Sequence record: ON470581
Source of the DNA: Escherichia phage vB_EcoS-606R9
Strand: one strand, 5' to 3'
Length of the DNA: 21,284 nt
In this document: in pieces, positions 1-9,048 of the stretch
Layout of the letters: each line of letters begins with the position of its first letter
Numbering within the stretch: position 1 is the stretch's first letter
The notes under the pieces: generated by a model
The model's input: only the letters and a program-made list of their open reading frames with translations
The model's database searches: none
Told to the model about the DNA's origin: nothing
Translations under genes and position numbers: made by a program

Positions 1-15
1 TTTGTGGGGTCAGCA

Positions 16-480
16 ATGAACAGAGTAACCGCGATTATCTCCGCTCTGGTTATCTGCATCGTCGTCTGCCTGTCATGGGCTGTTAATCATTACCGTGATA
101 ACGCCATCGCCTACAAAGAACAGCGCGACAAAAATGCCAGAGAACTGAAGCTGGCGAACGCGGCAATTACTGACATGCAGATGCGTCAGCGTGATGTTGC
201 TGCGCTCGATGCAAAATACACGAAGGAGTTAGCTGATGCGAAAGCTGAAAATGATGCTCTGCGTGATGATGTTGCCGCTGGTCGTCGTCGGTTGCACATC
301 AAAGCAGTCTGTCAGTCAGTGCGTGAAGCCACCACCGCCTCCGGCGTGGATAATGCAGCCTCCCCCCGACTGGCAGACACCGCTGAACGGGATTATTTCA
401 CCCTCCGGGAACGACTGGTAATGATGCAGGCCCAACTTGAAGGTGCTCAGCAATACATAACCGAGCAGTGTTTAAAGTAA
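16..480 (+). CDS. Rz: Rz-like inner-membrane spanin (i-spanin) of the lysis cassette
   Basis: Starts [23 protein letters not shown] (one N-terminal TM helix) followed by a charged coiled-coil region; closely matches lambda Rz as I recall it (about 153 aa). ATG at 16 chosen; the track ORF begins upstream at 4. Carries an embedded +1-frame lipoprotein ORF, the Rz/Rz1 signature. Confidence 0.85.
   Translation: MNRVTAIISALVICIVVCLSWAVNHYRDNAIAYKEQRDKNARELKLANAAITDMQMRQRDVAALDAKYTKELADAKAENDALRDDVAAGRRRLHIKAVCQSVREATTASGVDNAASPRLADTAERDYFTLRERLVMMQAQLEGAQQYITEQCLK
236..421 (+). CDS. Rz1: Rz1-like outer-membrane lipoprotein spanin (o-spanin), wholly embedded in Rz in a different frame
   Basis: 61-aa ORF with signal peptide and lipobox (LPLVVVGC|TSK) and proline-rich tracts (PPPPP, PPP), as in lambda Rz1; the embedded-gene architecture is characteristic. 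Confidence 0.85.
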   Translation: MRKLKMMLCVMMLPLVVVGCTSKQSVSQCVKPPPPPAWIMQPPPDWQTPLNGIISPSGNDW

Positions 481-617
481 AATCTTAACTACAATATGAT
501 TCATTTTGATGATTGTTTCATAAGGAACAGTGAAGTAAGATCTAAGAGGAGTTAAATTTTATACAGTATAATCATAATATTGCAGCAAGGTGGTTATAAT
601 TGAAAGAATATTTAGAT

Positions 618-2075
618 ATGAATACATCTCATGTAAGAGTTGTTACTCATATGTGTGGGTTCCTGGTTTGGCTCTATAGTCTTTCAATGTTGCCACCAAT
701 GGTTGTAGCATTGTTTTATAAAGAAAAAAGCCTGTTCGTTTTCTTTATAACTTTCGTTATATTTTTTTGCATTGGTGGCGGAGCGTGGTATACAACTAAG
801 AAATCTGGCATTCAATTACGTACCCGTGATGGGTTTATTATAATTGTAATGTTTTGGATTTTGTTTTCTGTTATTAGTGCATTCCCTTTATGGATTGACT
901 CAGAACTTAATTTAACGTTCATTGATGCTCTGTTTGAAGGGGTTTCTGGAATAACAACAACAGGAGCAACTGTAATTGATGATGTTAGTTCATTACCTCG
1001 GGCATATTTGTACTATCGGTCACAGTTAAATTTTATAGGTGGTTTAGGAGTTATTGTTCTGGCGGTTGCTGTATTGCCATTATTGGGTATTGGTGGTGCA
1101 AAGCTTTATCAGTCAGAAATGCCGGGGCCATTTAAGGATGACAAACTCACTCCCCGCCTGGCCGATACGTCACGGACACTGTGGATAACTTATTCTTTAT
1201 TAGGTATTGCTTGTATTGTCTGTTATAGACTTGCAGGAATGCCTTTGTTTGATGCTATTTGTCACGGGATTTCCACAGTTTCGCTTGGTGGTTTCTCAAC
1301 TCATAGCGAGAGTATCGGATATTTTAATAACTATTTGGTTGAGCTGGTGGCTGGTTCTTTTTCCCTGCTATCGGCTTTCAACTTCACTCTTTGGTATATT
1401 GTTATTAGCAGGAAAACGATAAAACCTTTAATCAGAGATATTGAACTTCGTTTCTTTCTGTTAATAGCCTTAGGGGTGATCATTGTTACCTCTTTCCAGG
1501 TCTGGCATATAGGTATGTATGACTTGCATGGAAGTTTTATTCATTCGTTTTTTCTTGCCAGCTCCATGCTCACTGATAATGGTTTAGCTACGCAGGATTA
1601 TGCAAGTTGGCCCACGCACACGATAGTGTTTTTGCTGTTGTCAAGTTTCTTTGGGGGATGTATAGGTTCAACTTGTGGTGGAATTAAGTCACTTCGATTT
1701 CTTATACTTTTCAAACAAAGCAAACACGAGATAAATCAGCTTTCTCATCCCAGAGCGTTGTTGAGTGTAAATGTAGGAGGGAAGATAGTTACAGATCGTG
1801 TAATGAGGTCTGTATGGAGTTTCTTTTTTCTTTATACTCTCTTCACGGTGTTTTTTATACTGGTGTTAAATGGTATGGGATATGATTTTCTTACATCATT
1901 TGCAACAGTGGCTGCATGTATTAATAATATGGGATTAGGTTTTGGGGCTACTGCATCGTCATTCGGAGTGCTTAATGACATTGCAAAATGTTTAATGTGC
2001 ATAGCTATGATTCTTGGTCGCCTTGAAATTTATCCTGTTATTATATTGTTTTCAGGTTTTTTTTGGCGCTCCTAA
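618..2075 (+). CDS. trkG: TrkG-type potassium uptake membrane protein (TrkH/TrkG family), prophage moron
   Basis: 485 aa from ATG 618 (track ORF starts at TTG 600); strongly hydrophobic multi-pass protein with repeated glycine-rich P-loop-like segments (GVSGITTTGATV, IGGLGVIVLAV, GGFSTHS, NNMGLGFGA). Begins MNTSHVRVVTHMCGFLVW, which matches E. coli Rac-prophage TrkG from memory. Markedly AT-rich compared with the flanking phage genes. Confidence 0.85.
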   Translation: MNTSHVRVVTHMCGFLVWLYSLSMLPPMVVALFYKEKSLFVFFITFVIFFCIGGGAWYTTKKSGIQLRTRDGFIIIVMFWILFSVISAFPLWIDSELNLTFIDALFEGVSGITTTGATVIDDVSSLPRAYLYYRSQLNFIGGLGVIVLAVAVLPLLGIGGAKLYQSEMPGPFKDDKLTPRLADTSRTLWITYSLLGIACIVCYRLAGMPLFDAICHGISTVSLGGFSTHSESIGYFNNYLVELVAGSFSLLSAFNFTLWYIVISRKTIKPLIRDIELRFFLLIALGVIIVTSFQVWHIGMYDLHGSFIHSFFLASSMLTDNGLATQDYASWPTHTIVFLLLSSFFGGCIGSTCGGIKSLRFLILFKQSKHEINQLSHPRALLSVNVGGKIVTDRVMRSVWSFFFLYTLFTVFFILVLNGMGYDFLTSFATVAACINNMGLGFGATASSFGVLNDIAKCLMCIAMILGRLEIYPVIILFSGFFWRS

Positions 2076-2161
2076 TATATGGCTGATTTATAATTGTGAG
2101 TTTAATATTATGTTGACTCACTCATTGATCCAATACCTAACTTTACCAGCAACCCCTCCGT

Positions 2162-2196
2162 CCCCAGTAGCACTGGCTGCTGGGGTGCGTTTTATT
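2162..2196 (+). terminator. Putative intrinsic terminator downstream of trkG
   Basis: Inverted repeat CCCCAGTAGC / GCTGCTGGGG (about 10 bp stem with one G-U, 4-nt loop) followed by TGCGTTTTATT; sits at the AT-rich to GC-normal transition. Confidence 0.45.
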
Positions 2197-2212
2197 CATA
2201 AAGCAAGGCTGT

Positions 2213-3004
2213 ATGAGCGAGAAATTAAAGATAGTCTATCGCCCATTACAAGAATTGTCACCGTATGCGCACAACGCCAGGACGCACAGCCCTGAGCAGG
2301 TGGCACAACTGGTAGAAAGTATTAAGCAATTCGGCTGGACTAATCCGGTGCTGATTGACGAAAAGGGCGAAATTATTGCGGGTCACGGTCGTGTTATGGC
2401 GGCTGAAATGCTCAAAATGGATTCTGTTCCGGTCATTGTTCTGTCTGGCCTGACGGATGAGCAGAAAAAGGCGTACCGCCTGGCAGATAATCGCCTGCCG
2501 ATGAATGCTGGCTGGGATGAAGATCTGTTGCGGATGGAGCTGTCGGACCTAATCAATGCTGATTTTGATGTCTCCCTGACAGGCTTCATCCCGACAGAAA
2601 TTGATGAACTGTTGACGGATGTTTTGCCCGGTACAGGAAATGAGGAGGAGCCGTATACGACGAAAATTGATACGCCTGTTTATGAGCCGTCGGGCGGTAA
2701 ACCGGATATCAGTGAACTGTACGACGATACGAAAACTCAGGAGCTGATCAGCCGGATACGTTCGGCGTCCCTTGAGCCTGATATTGAGAAATTCCTCCTG
2801 TGTGCGGCAGAACGTCACACGGTGTTTAATTTCAGCAGAATTGCGGACTATTACGCTCACGCCCCCTCTGAAATTCAGTGTTTTTTCGAGGAGTCGGCGC
2901 TGGTGATCATTGATTATCAGCAGGCTATTGAAAATGGATTTGTCCGGATGACGCAGCGCATGGTGGAGATCATGCATGGTGGTGAGGAGGAGGAATATGC
3001 GTGA
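2213..3004 (+). CDS. ParB-like nuclease domain (ParB/Srx fold) protein
   Basis: N-terminal segment KIVYRPLQELSPYAHNARTHSPEQVAQLVESIKQFGWTNPVLIDEKGEIIAGHGRVMAA resembles the ParB N-terminal domain core, including the G-x-x-R motif; acidic C-terminal half. AAGG Shine-Dalgarno 6 nt upstream of the ATG. Lies between the moron and the packaging genes. Confidence 0.6.
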   Translation: MSEKLKIVYRPLQELSPYAHNARTHSPEQVAQLVESIKQFGWTNPVLIDEKGEIIAGHGRVMAAEMLKMDSVPVIVLSGLTDEQKKAYRLADNRLPMNAGWDEDLLRMELSDLINADFDVSLTGFIPTEIDELLTDVLPGTGNEEEPYTTKIDTPVYEPSGGKPDISELYDDTKTQELISRIRSASLEPDIEKFLLCAAERHTVFNFSRIADYYAHAPSEIQCFFEESALVIIDYQQAIENGFVRMTQRMVEIMHGGEEEEYA

Positions 3005-3929
3005 TGATTTTTGCGCCTTTATTCTGACTCACGGGCGACCGGACAAAGTTCTGACTTACCGGACGTTGCGTCGTGCTGGCTATACCGGGAAAATTTTTAT
3101 CGTTGTTGATGATGAAGATAAGACACGGAATCAGTACATGGCTGAATTTGGTGAACAGGTGCTGGTGTTTTCCAAAGCCGATATCGCCAGTCGTTTTGAC
3201 GAAGCCGATAATTTCTGTGACCGCCGCTCAATTTTTTACGCCCGTAATGCCTGTTTCGACCTGGCAAAACTGGTCGGGTGTAAATACTTCATTCAGCTCG
3301 ATGATGATTATCACGAGTTCCAGTTTCGGGTGGATCGCAACTATGACCAGGCCTATTTTCCGATAAGGAAACTGGATGCGATCCTTTCTGAAATGCTGGC
3401 GTACTACGAATCAATACCTGCTCTTTCCATCGCTATGTCGCAGGGCGGGGATTTTCTTGGTGACAATGGCGGCCATGCTTCGTGGGTGAAACGCAAGGCA
3501 ATGAACAGCTTTATCTGTTCGGTTGATCGACCGTTCTCATTCATGGGGCGCATTAACGAGGATGTGAATACGTACACGAATCTCGGTCGCTGTGGTGAAT
3601 TGTTTATGACGATCGGTGCTGTCCAGTTAGGGCAGAAACAGACGCAGAAAAACAGCGGCGGAATGACCGAGCTGTATCTGGATTCCGGAACCTACGTTAA
3701 AAGTTTTTACTCCGTCATGTATGCGCCGTCGTGCGTAAAAATCTCACTGATGGGTGCCAGCCATAAACGCATTCACCATCAGGTCACCTGGAACAACGCT
3801 GCAGTAAAAATCCTTCACGAAAAATACAGGAAGAAGACACCCTGCATATCAATGGGGGTGACAAATGATTCCGTATTCGAAAGTCGAGTCTCTGGCAGCG
3901 TGCCGGATGACTGCACAACAAATCGCTGA
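2997..3929 (+). CDS. Hypothetical protein with GT-A-like features (DxD-type motif); function unknown
   Basis: 310 aa from ATG 2997, which follows a strong GAGGAGGAGG Shine-Dalgarno embedded in the 3' end of the upstream gene (8-nt overlap, translational coupling); track ORF starts at 2976. Motifs IFIVVDDED and IQLDDDYHEF suggest a Rossmann-like nucleotide-sugar-binding fold, but this is motif-level only. Confidence 0.5.
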   Translation: MRDDFCAFILTHGRPDKVLTYRTLRRAGYTGKIFIVVDDEDKTRNQYMAEFGEQVLVFSKADIASRFDEADNFCDRRSIFYARNACFDLAKLVGCKYFIQLDDDYHEFQFRVDRNYDQAYFPIRKLDAILSEMLAYYESIPALSIAMSQGGDFLGDNGGHASWVKRKAMNSFICSVDRPFSFMGRINEDVNTYTNLGRCGELFMTIGAVQLGQKQTQKNSGGMTELYLDSGTYVKSFYSVMYAPSCVKISLMGASHKRIHHQVTWNNAAVKILHEKYRKKTPCISMGVTNDSVFESRVSGSVPDDCTTNR

Positions 3930-4116
3930 CGTTCTGGATGTTGATCTGAACCGACTGAAAGAAAATCGGGAAGCAATGACAGATTTTTATGCGGCCATCC
4001 GTAAGGGCAGAGCGAAAGGTGAAGCCGAGTTACGAGCGGCATTGTTTAAGCTTGCCAGAAAAGGGGATGCCTTTGCTCTGCGCGAACTACTCAGGGTGGA
4101 TAAAAATCAGGACTAA
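3907..4116 (+). CDS. Small hypothetical protein, possible helix-turn-helix / packaging-associated
   Basis: About 70 aa from ATG 3907 (track ORF from 3865); overlaps the 3' end of the upstream gene and ends 3 nt before the small terminase start; basic, helix-rich (AAIRKGRAKGEAELRAALFKLARKG). Start is uncertain. Confidence 0.35.
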   Translation: MTAQQIADVLDVDLNRLKENREAMTDFYAAIRKGRAKGEAELRAALFKLARKGDAFALRELLRVDKNQD

Positions 4117-4119
4117 CTG

Positions 4120-5214
4120 ATGAGCAGACCGGACTGGGGGGCGTTGCAGCAGGAGTATATTGCTGAATACACCCGCTCCGGTATATCTCCGGTGGCATGG
4201 TGTGAAGCAAGGGGACTGAATTACGCAACAGCCCGTCGTTACATCAAAAAAACTCCGAAAAATGCGCAGACAGAAATGTGCAAAACTGCGCAAAAAAGTG
4301 CGCAGAAAAAATCTGCGCAGACTGCACAAAAGCGGAACGAAAAATCTCAGGAAAAAAAGCCAGTATTCGATGCGGGCCTGAATGAGGGCGACGCGGAGGA
4401 ATTTTCGTTCTGTCCCGATGAATTCGGCATTTCTGACCAGCAGGCTAAGTTTGCGATGCTTGTTGCTCAGGGTAAAAAGCCGACAGAGGCGTACCGACTA
4501 GCCGGTTATGAGGGGCAAGGTGCGACAGCTAACAGCAACGCCAGTCGTATGCTTAGAAATGCCAGGGTTTTTCGCGCTATCAGCTACTTCCGCAATCAGT
4601 ACCAGAAACGCTATACCGCAGACCTGGATTTACTAGTGAGTCAGTTGATGGCTATTGTCCTGGCCGACCCCAATCAGCTTGCACAATTTCGCCGTGTTAA
4701 CTGCCGTTATTGCTGGGGCGAGAATCATCTCTACCAGTGGCGCGATATAGCAGAATTCGACAAGGCAGCGGCGCAGGCTTCCAGAGATGGCAAACCCGAA
4801 CCGGAATATGGAGGCCTCGGCTTTGTTGATAACGCCATACCCAATCCGGACTGCCCGAAGTGCTGCGGTGAGGGAACGGGACAGCTTTATATGGCTGATA
4901 CCACTCTGCTTGATGGGGATGCGCGGCAATTATATGCAGGGGCAAAATTCGGAAAATTCGGCGTTGAGATCCTGCTGGAGGATAAGGCTGCCGCCCGGCG
5001 TGAATTGTTGCGTTTGCTTTCTGCTGGCGGGGATTTATGTGCAGATAAGCGGCTACAGGAACTGGAAATTGAACGGCGCAGAATGGAAAACCAGAAGCTG
5101 CGCAAAGAGATCGAAACGGTGGAAGATAATGAACATCCCCAGCCTGTGGCGATCAATATTAATGTGGTTGATGCCAGAGTAAGGAGTGATGAAGATGATC
5201 TCTCCGACGCTTAA
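4120..5214 (+). CDS. Putative terminase small subunit (DNA-recognition component)
   Basis: Sits immediately upstream of, and overlaps, the large terminase gene; N-terminal HTH-like segment (GISPVAWCEARGLNYATARRYIKK), a Lys/Gln-rich low-complexity linker, Cys-rich segment (CRYCW...CPKCC), C-terminal coiled coil. Assigned by position and architecture. Confidence 0.5.
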   Translation: MSRPDWGALQQEYIAEYTRSGISPVAWCEARGLNYATARRYIKKTPKNAQTEMCKTAQKSAQKKSAQTAQKRNEKSQEKKPVFDAGLNEGDAEEFSFCPDEFGISDQQAKFAMLVAQGKKPTEAYRLAGYEGQGATANSNASRMLRNARVFRAISYFRNQYQKRYTADLDLLVSQLMAIVLADPNQLAQFRRVNCRYCWGENHLYQWRDIAEFDKAAAQASRDGKPEPEYGGLGFVDNAIPNPDCPKCCGEGTGQLYMADTTLLDGDARQLYAGAKFGKFGVEILLEDKAAARRELLRLLSAGGDLCADKRLQELEIERRRMENQKLRKEIETVEDNEHPQPVAININVVDARVRSDEDDLSDA

Positions 5215-6496
5215 TGTGCCTCAGGCGCGATTTCTTTCAATGCCCCATAAATTTAAAGCCTATATTGCTGGTTTTGGCTCGGGCAAAACATGGGTTGGGT
5301 GTGGCGGCATATGCAAGGGGATTTGGGAGCATCCAGGTATAAATCAGGGATATTTTGCGCCAACGTATCCCCAAATTCGCGATATTTTTTACCCTACAGT
5401 GGAAGAAGTTGCTGCTGACTGGGGATTGAACGTAAAAATTAATGAGGGAAATAAAGAGGTTCACTTTTATTACGGACGCCAGTATCGGGGAACCACTATC
5501 TGCAGATCGATGGAGAAGCCACAAACGATCGTCGGTTTCAAAATTGGTAATGCGTTGGTGGATGAACTGGACATTTTGCCGAAGGAAAAAGCCAGAACGG
5601 CGTGGCGCAAGATAATTGCGCGTATGCGTTATAAGATTGATGGACTTCGCAACGGTATTGACGTTACAACCACGCCGGAAGGATTCAAATTTGTCTACGA
5701 GCAGTTTGTTAAAGCCGTGCGTGAAAAAACAGAGCTGGCCTCACTGTATGGTCTGGTGCAGGCATCTACTTTCGATAATGAAAAGAACCTGCCAGCAGAT
5801 TACATTCCTTCGCTTCTTGAATCATACCCTCCAGAGCTGATTAAAGCCTATCTGCGAGGACAGTTTACTAACCTGACAAGTGGTACTGTTTACCATCAGT
5901 TTGACCGGAAACTGAATAATTGCGAAGAAGTGGAGCAGCCAGGGGAGCCGATTTATATTGGGATGGATTTTAACGTTGGAAAGATGGCGGGAATCGTCCA
6001 TGTGCTGCGTTTGGGGCTTCCATGTGCGGTAACTGAAATCATCAATGCCTACGATACGCCGGATATGATCCGCATCATTAAAGAACGCTTCTGGCTGTAT
6101 GATGGGAATGATTACCGGAAAGTGAGGGAAATTTATATTTATCCAGATGCTTCCGGGGATTCCAGAAAATCAAGTAACGCAAGTACGACGGATATAGCCC
6201 AGCTTAAGCAGGCTGGTTTTAACGTTGTGGTGAACAGCTCGAACCCGCCAGTAAAAGATCGCGTTAACTCAATGAATGCAATGTTCTGCAATGCCAATGG
6301 TGAGCGTCGCTATAAAGTTAATGTGAAGCGTTGCCCGTTATATGCCGAATCTCTGGAGCAACAGGTCTGGGATGAGAAGGGGGAGCCTGATAAAAAATCT
6401 GGCAATGATCACCCGAATGATGCCGGAGGTTATTTCATCGTTAAGCAATTCCCTATTGTCAAACCGACCGGAAGAGTCACATCACTTCGGATTTAA
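5195..6496 (+). CDS. Terminase large subunit (ATPase/nuclease)
   Basis: Walker A-like YIAGFGSGKT near the N-terminus and Walker B-like ALVDELD; sits between the putative small terminase and portal genes. ATG 5195 chosen for its spacing from AAGGAG at 5181-5186; alternative starts at 5186 and 5189. Confidence 0.8.
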   Translation: MISPTLNVPQARFLSMPHKFKAYIAGFGSGKTWVGCGGICKGIWEHPGINQGYFAPTYPQIRDIFYPTVEEVAADWGLNVKINEGNKEVHFYYGRQYRGTTICRSMEKPQTIVGFKIGNALVDELDILPKEKARTAWRKIIARMRYKIDGLRNGIDVTTTPEGFKFVYEQFVKAVREKTELASLYGLVQASTFDNEKNLPADYIPSLLESYPPELIKAYLRGQFTNLTSGTVYHQFDRKLNNCEEVEQPGEPIYIGMDFNVGKMAGIVHVLRLGLPCAVTEIINAYDTPDMIRIIKERFWLYDGNDYRKVREIYIYPDASGDSRKSSNASTTDIAQLKQAGFNVVVNSSNPPVKDRVNSMNAMFCNANGERRYKVNVKRCPLYAESLEQQVWDEKGEPDKKSGNDHPNDAGGYFIVKQFPIVKPTGRVTSLRI

Positions 6497-6498
6497 TT

Positions 6499-7905
6499 AT
6501 GGCTGATATATCAACACCCAACCTCGACTATAACGATATGCTGGAGGCGTGGGATATTAACGACGCACTGATGGGCGGTACGCTTGAAATGCGCAGGCAG
6601 GGGGAAAATTATCTCCCAAAATGGCCTAACGAAGATGAAGACGCTTATAAAAAACGCCTGTCTGTGGCTACGCTACTTCCTGTGTATGAAGAAAGCATCA
6701 AGCAAAATATTGGGCGCATATTTGCAGAGCCGACAGTATTGAGTGAGGAAACGCCGGCAAAAATCAGGGAATATGCAGAAAATATCGACATGGAGGGAAG
6801 CCGACTGGATGTGTGGGCGCAGCAATTTTTCAGCCTCGCATTTCAGTATGGTGTGGCACATGCGCTGGTGGACTATCCACGAACGGATATGAAAGAGATT
6901 CGGACAAAAGCCGATGAAAACGCGGCCGGTAGTCGTCCGTACGTTACGATGCTGAATCCACGCCAGGTTATTGGATGGAAATCGAAAGTTGAAAAAGGGA
7001 AAGTTGTTCTCACTGATTTGCGTATAAAAGAGGTCATCATTATTGATGGTGATGATTTCGGGCAGAAGAAGGTGGAGCAGATCCGCCATATTATGCCCCG
7101 TCGAGTTGAAATTTATCGACGTAGCGAAGGCACTAATGGCGAATCTGTCTGGACGCTTCATGAGTCATGGAATACCAGCCGTGATGATATTCCTCTGGTA
7201 ACACTGTACACGAAGAAAACAGGATTTATGCGTGGTACACCGCCATTGCTTAATCTTGGCTTGCTGAATATCAAGCACTGGCAAAGCCAGAGCGAGCAGG
7301 ACAATATTCTTCATGTTGCCCGCGTTCCATTGCTGGTGGCCTACGGGCTGGACAGGAATGAAGAACTGACGGTTGGTGCATCCACCGCTACGATTTTTGA
7401 GGACAGAACAAAAAATGGCCTCGAATATGTTGAACATAGTGGCGCAGCGATAGAATCTGGCGAAACATCACTTGAGAAGCTGGAAAATCAGATGCGTCAT
7501 GCCGGCGCTAAACTTCTGCGTGCTGAAAATACATCCACCAAATCTGTTGATCAGACTAATGAAGAGCGAATGCAGGAAAACTCGCCGCTTTATACAATGG
7601 CGAACTCCCTCGAAGATGCCCTCGATAATATTCTCCAGATAATGGCGGAATGGATCGGAGAGAGTTGCGGTGGCAATGTGGATGTGCGCACTGAACTGGA
7701 TGTATCTGCCCAGGTGTTTGACTCATCCTCCGCGCTGGCTGTTCAGTCATTGCGTCAGGGCGGTGATATACGTCAGATTGATGCGATTCGGGTGTTGCAG
7801 GCGTTGAAATTTATCGATCAGGATTCCCGTCCAGAGGAAGTGATCGATGAATTAAAAAATCAGAGTGTAATGCTGATGGAAATCAATGATGCAAACCGTG
7901 AATGA
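6499..7905 (+). CDS. Portal protein (putative)
   Basis: 468-aa ORF starting 3 nt after the large terminase stop; size and position typical of a portal gene. No motif verified. Confidence 0.6.
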   Translation: MADISTPNLDYNDMLEAWDINDALMGGTLEMRRQGENYLPKWPNEDEDAYKKRLSVATLLPVYEESIKQNIGRIFAEPTVLSEETPAKIREYAENIDMEGSRLDVWAQQFFSLAFQYGVAHALVDYPRTDMKEIRTKADENAAGSRPYVTMLNPRQVIGWKSKVEKGKVVLTDLRIKEVIIIDGDDFGQKKVEQIRHIMPRRVEIYRRSEGTNGESVWTLHESWNTSRDDIPLVTLYTKKTGFMRGTPPLLNLGLLNIKHWQSQSEQDNILHVARVPLLVAYGLDRNEELTVGASTATIFEDRTKNGLEYVEHSGAAIESGETSLEKLENQMRHAGAKLLRAENTSTKSVDQTNEERMQENSPLYTMANSLEDALDNILQIMAEWIGESCGGNVDVRTELDVSAQVFDSSSALAVQSLRQGGDIRQIDAIRVLQALKFIDQDSRPEEVIDELKNQSVMLMEINDANRE

Positions 7906-9001
7906 ACGGCTGCGTGATGAATCAATTGCTCATGCAGTCTGGATATCCCGCTATAGCACTGGCGTGGCTGCCAGAATGGTGAAAATACTGAATGACAGCG
8001 ATGCGGAACTTACTGCTCGCCTGCTGATAGCACTGGACAGCCTCGATCCAGGTAGTTTTACCGTTAAGCGCCTGGAGTCACTTCTGGCGAGCGTCAGAGA
8101 GGTTAACCGCACTGCTATTAACAGCATGTTTACCAGTCTCTCCGGAGAGCTGAACGAGCTGGCAATTTATGAGGCTGGTTATCAGTTAAGTCTGTTTGAT
8201 TCTATGCTACCTGATTTTGTTGCTGATGTTCACCCTCTGGTTGGTATCTCTCCTGATGCACTTTATGCCGCTGCAATGGCGCGACCATTTCAGGGACGAC
8301 TGCTCAGTGAGTGGGCCTCAGATCTTGAGGCGGATCGGCTCAGACGCATAACAAATACAGTGCGTCAGGGTTTTTTGCTGGGGGATACCAATGAGCAGAT
8401 CGCAAGAAAAATTCGGGGACATGTCAGTAAGGGATTTCAGGATGGTGCATTGCAGATGAGCCGGGCTAATGCGGCCAGCATTGCAAAAACAGCGGTTGGA
8501 CATCTTGCTGCTACTGCCCGTGAGAGTTTTGCCAGCGCGAATAATGATTTGATTAAGGGTAAGCAATGGTTATCAACGCTTGATAATCGTACTACGCCAC
8601 AATGTCGAATCAGGGATCGCCTCAAATATACGCTGAATAATAAACCTGTAGGTCACAGCGTGCCTTATTTGCAGGGGCCGGGAAAAATTCATTTCTGCTG
8701 CCGCTCAACGGAAACGTTCATTCTGAAATCAGCGAAGGAACTGGGTATTGATGTTCGCGATATTTCCCCGGCTGAGCGGGCCAGCATGGATGGCGTGGTG
8801 GCCGGAGATACAACCTACAGGGAATGGTTTTTGCGTCAGCCTTACACCAGACAAAAACAGATTGTGGGGGAAACCCGAGCAAAGCTGATTCGGGATGGTG
8901 GTATGTCGCCAGATGAATTTTACACCGATAAAGGCGAATGGCTGACGCTGAAGCAGCTCCGTGAGCGTGATGCACAGGTATTCAGAAAAGCAGGGATTTA
9001 A
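7886..9001 (+). CDS. Head morphogenesis protein (MuF / SPP1 gp7-like minor head protein), putative
   Basis: 371-aa ORF overlapping the portal 3' end; a portal, MuF-like, scaffold, capsid order is typical. Assigned by position and general resemblance. Confidence 0.55.
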   Translation: MMQTVNERLRDESIAHAVWISRYSTGVAARMVKILNDSDAELTARLLIALDSLDPGSFTVKRLESLLASVREVNRTAINSMFTSLSGELNELAIYEAGYQLSLFDSMLPDFVADVHPLVGISPDALYAAAMARPFQGRLLSEWASDLEADRLRRITNTVRQGFLLGDTNEQIARKIRGHVSKGFQDGALQMSRANAASIAKTAVGHLAATARESFASANNDLIKGKQWLSTLDNRTTPQCRIRDRLKYTLNNKPVGHSVPYLQGPGKIHFCCRSTETFILKSAKELGIDVRDISPAERASMDGVVAGDTTYREWFLRQPYTRQKQIVGETRAKLIRDGGMSPDEFYTDKGEWLTLKQLRERDAQVFRKAGI

Positions 9002-9020
9002 ATAAATCATTTATTACAAC

Positions 9021-9048
9021 AGGCTACCTTCGGGTGGCCTTTTTTATT
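9021..9048 (+). terminator. Intrinsic terminator-like hairpin after the head morphogenesis gene
   Basis: AGGCTACC-TTCG-GGTGGCCT (8-bp stem with one G-U, UUCG tetraloop) followed directly by TTTTTATT. Confidence 0.65.

Noticed and set aside
1207-1422. 71-aa alternative-frame ORF inside trkG
   Set aside because: Internal out-of-frame ORF within a confidently identified membrane-protein gene.
2014-2295. 93-aa + strand ORF spanning the trkG 3' end and the intergenic region
   Set aside because: Overlaps the trkG terminus in another frame and crosses the terminator hairpin and the compositional boundary; no RBS. The adjacent ParB-like ORF explains the coding signal.
2383-2977. Minus-strand ORFs (68 and 142 aa) inside the ParB-like gene
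   Set aside because: Wholly antisense to a + strand ORF with a recognisable domain motif; no independent support.
4633-5182. Several alternative-frame and antisense ORFs (82-131 aa) within the small terminase gene
   Set aside because: All nested in the 364-aa + strand ORF that is positionally coupled to the large terminase; no start signals.
6673-7750. Minus-strand ORFs (162, 90 and 64 aa) inside the portal gene
   Set aside because: Antisense to a long, positionally supported structural gene; the late region is uniformly + strand.
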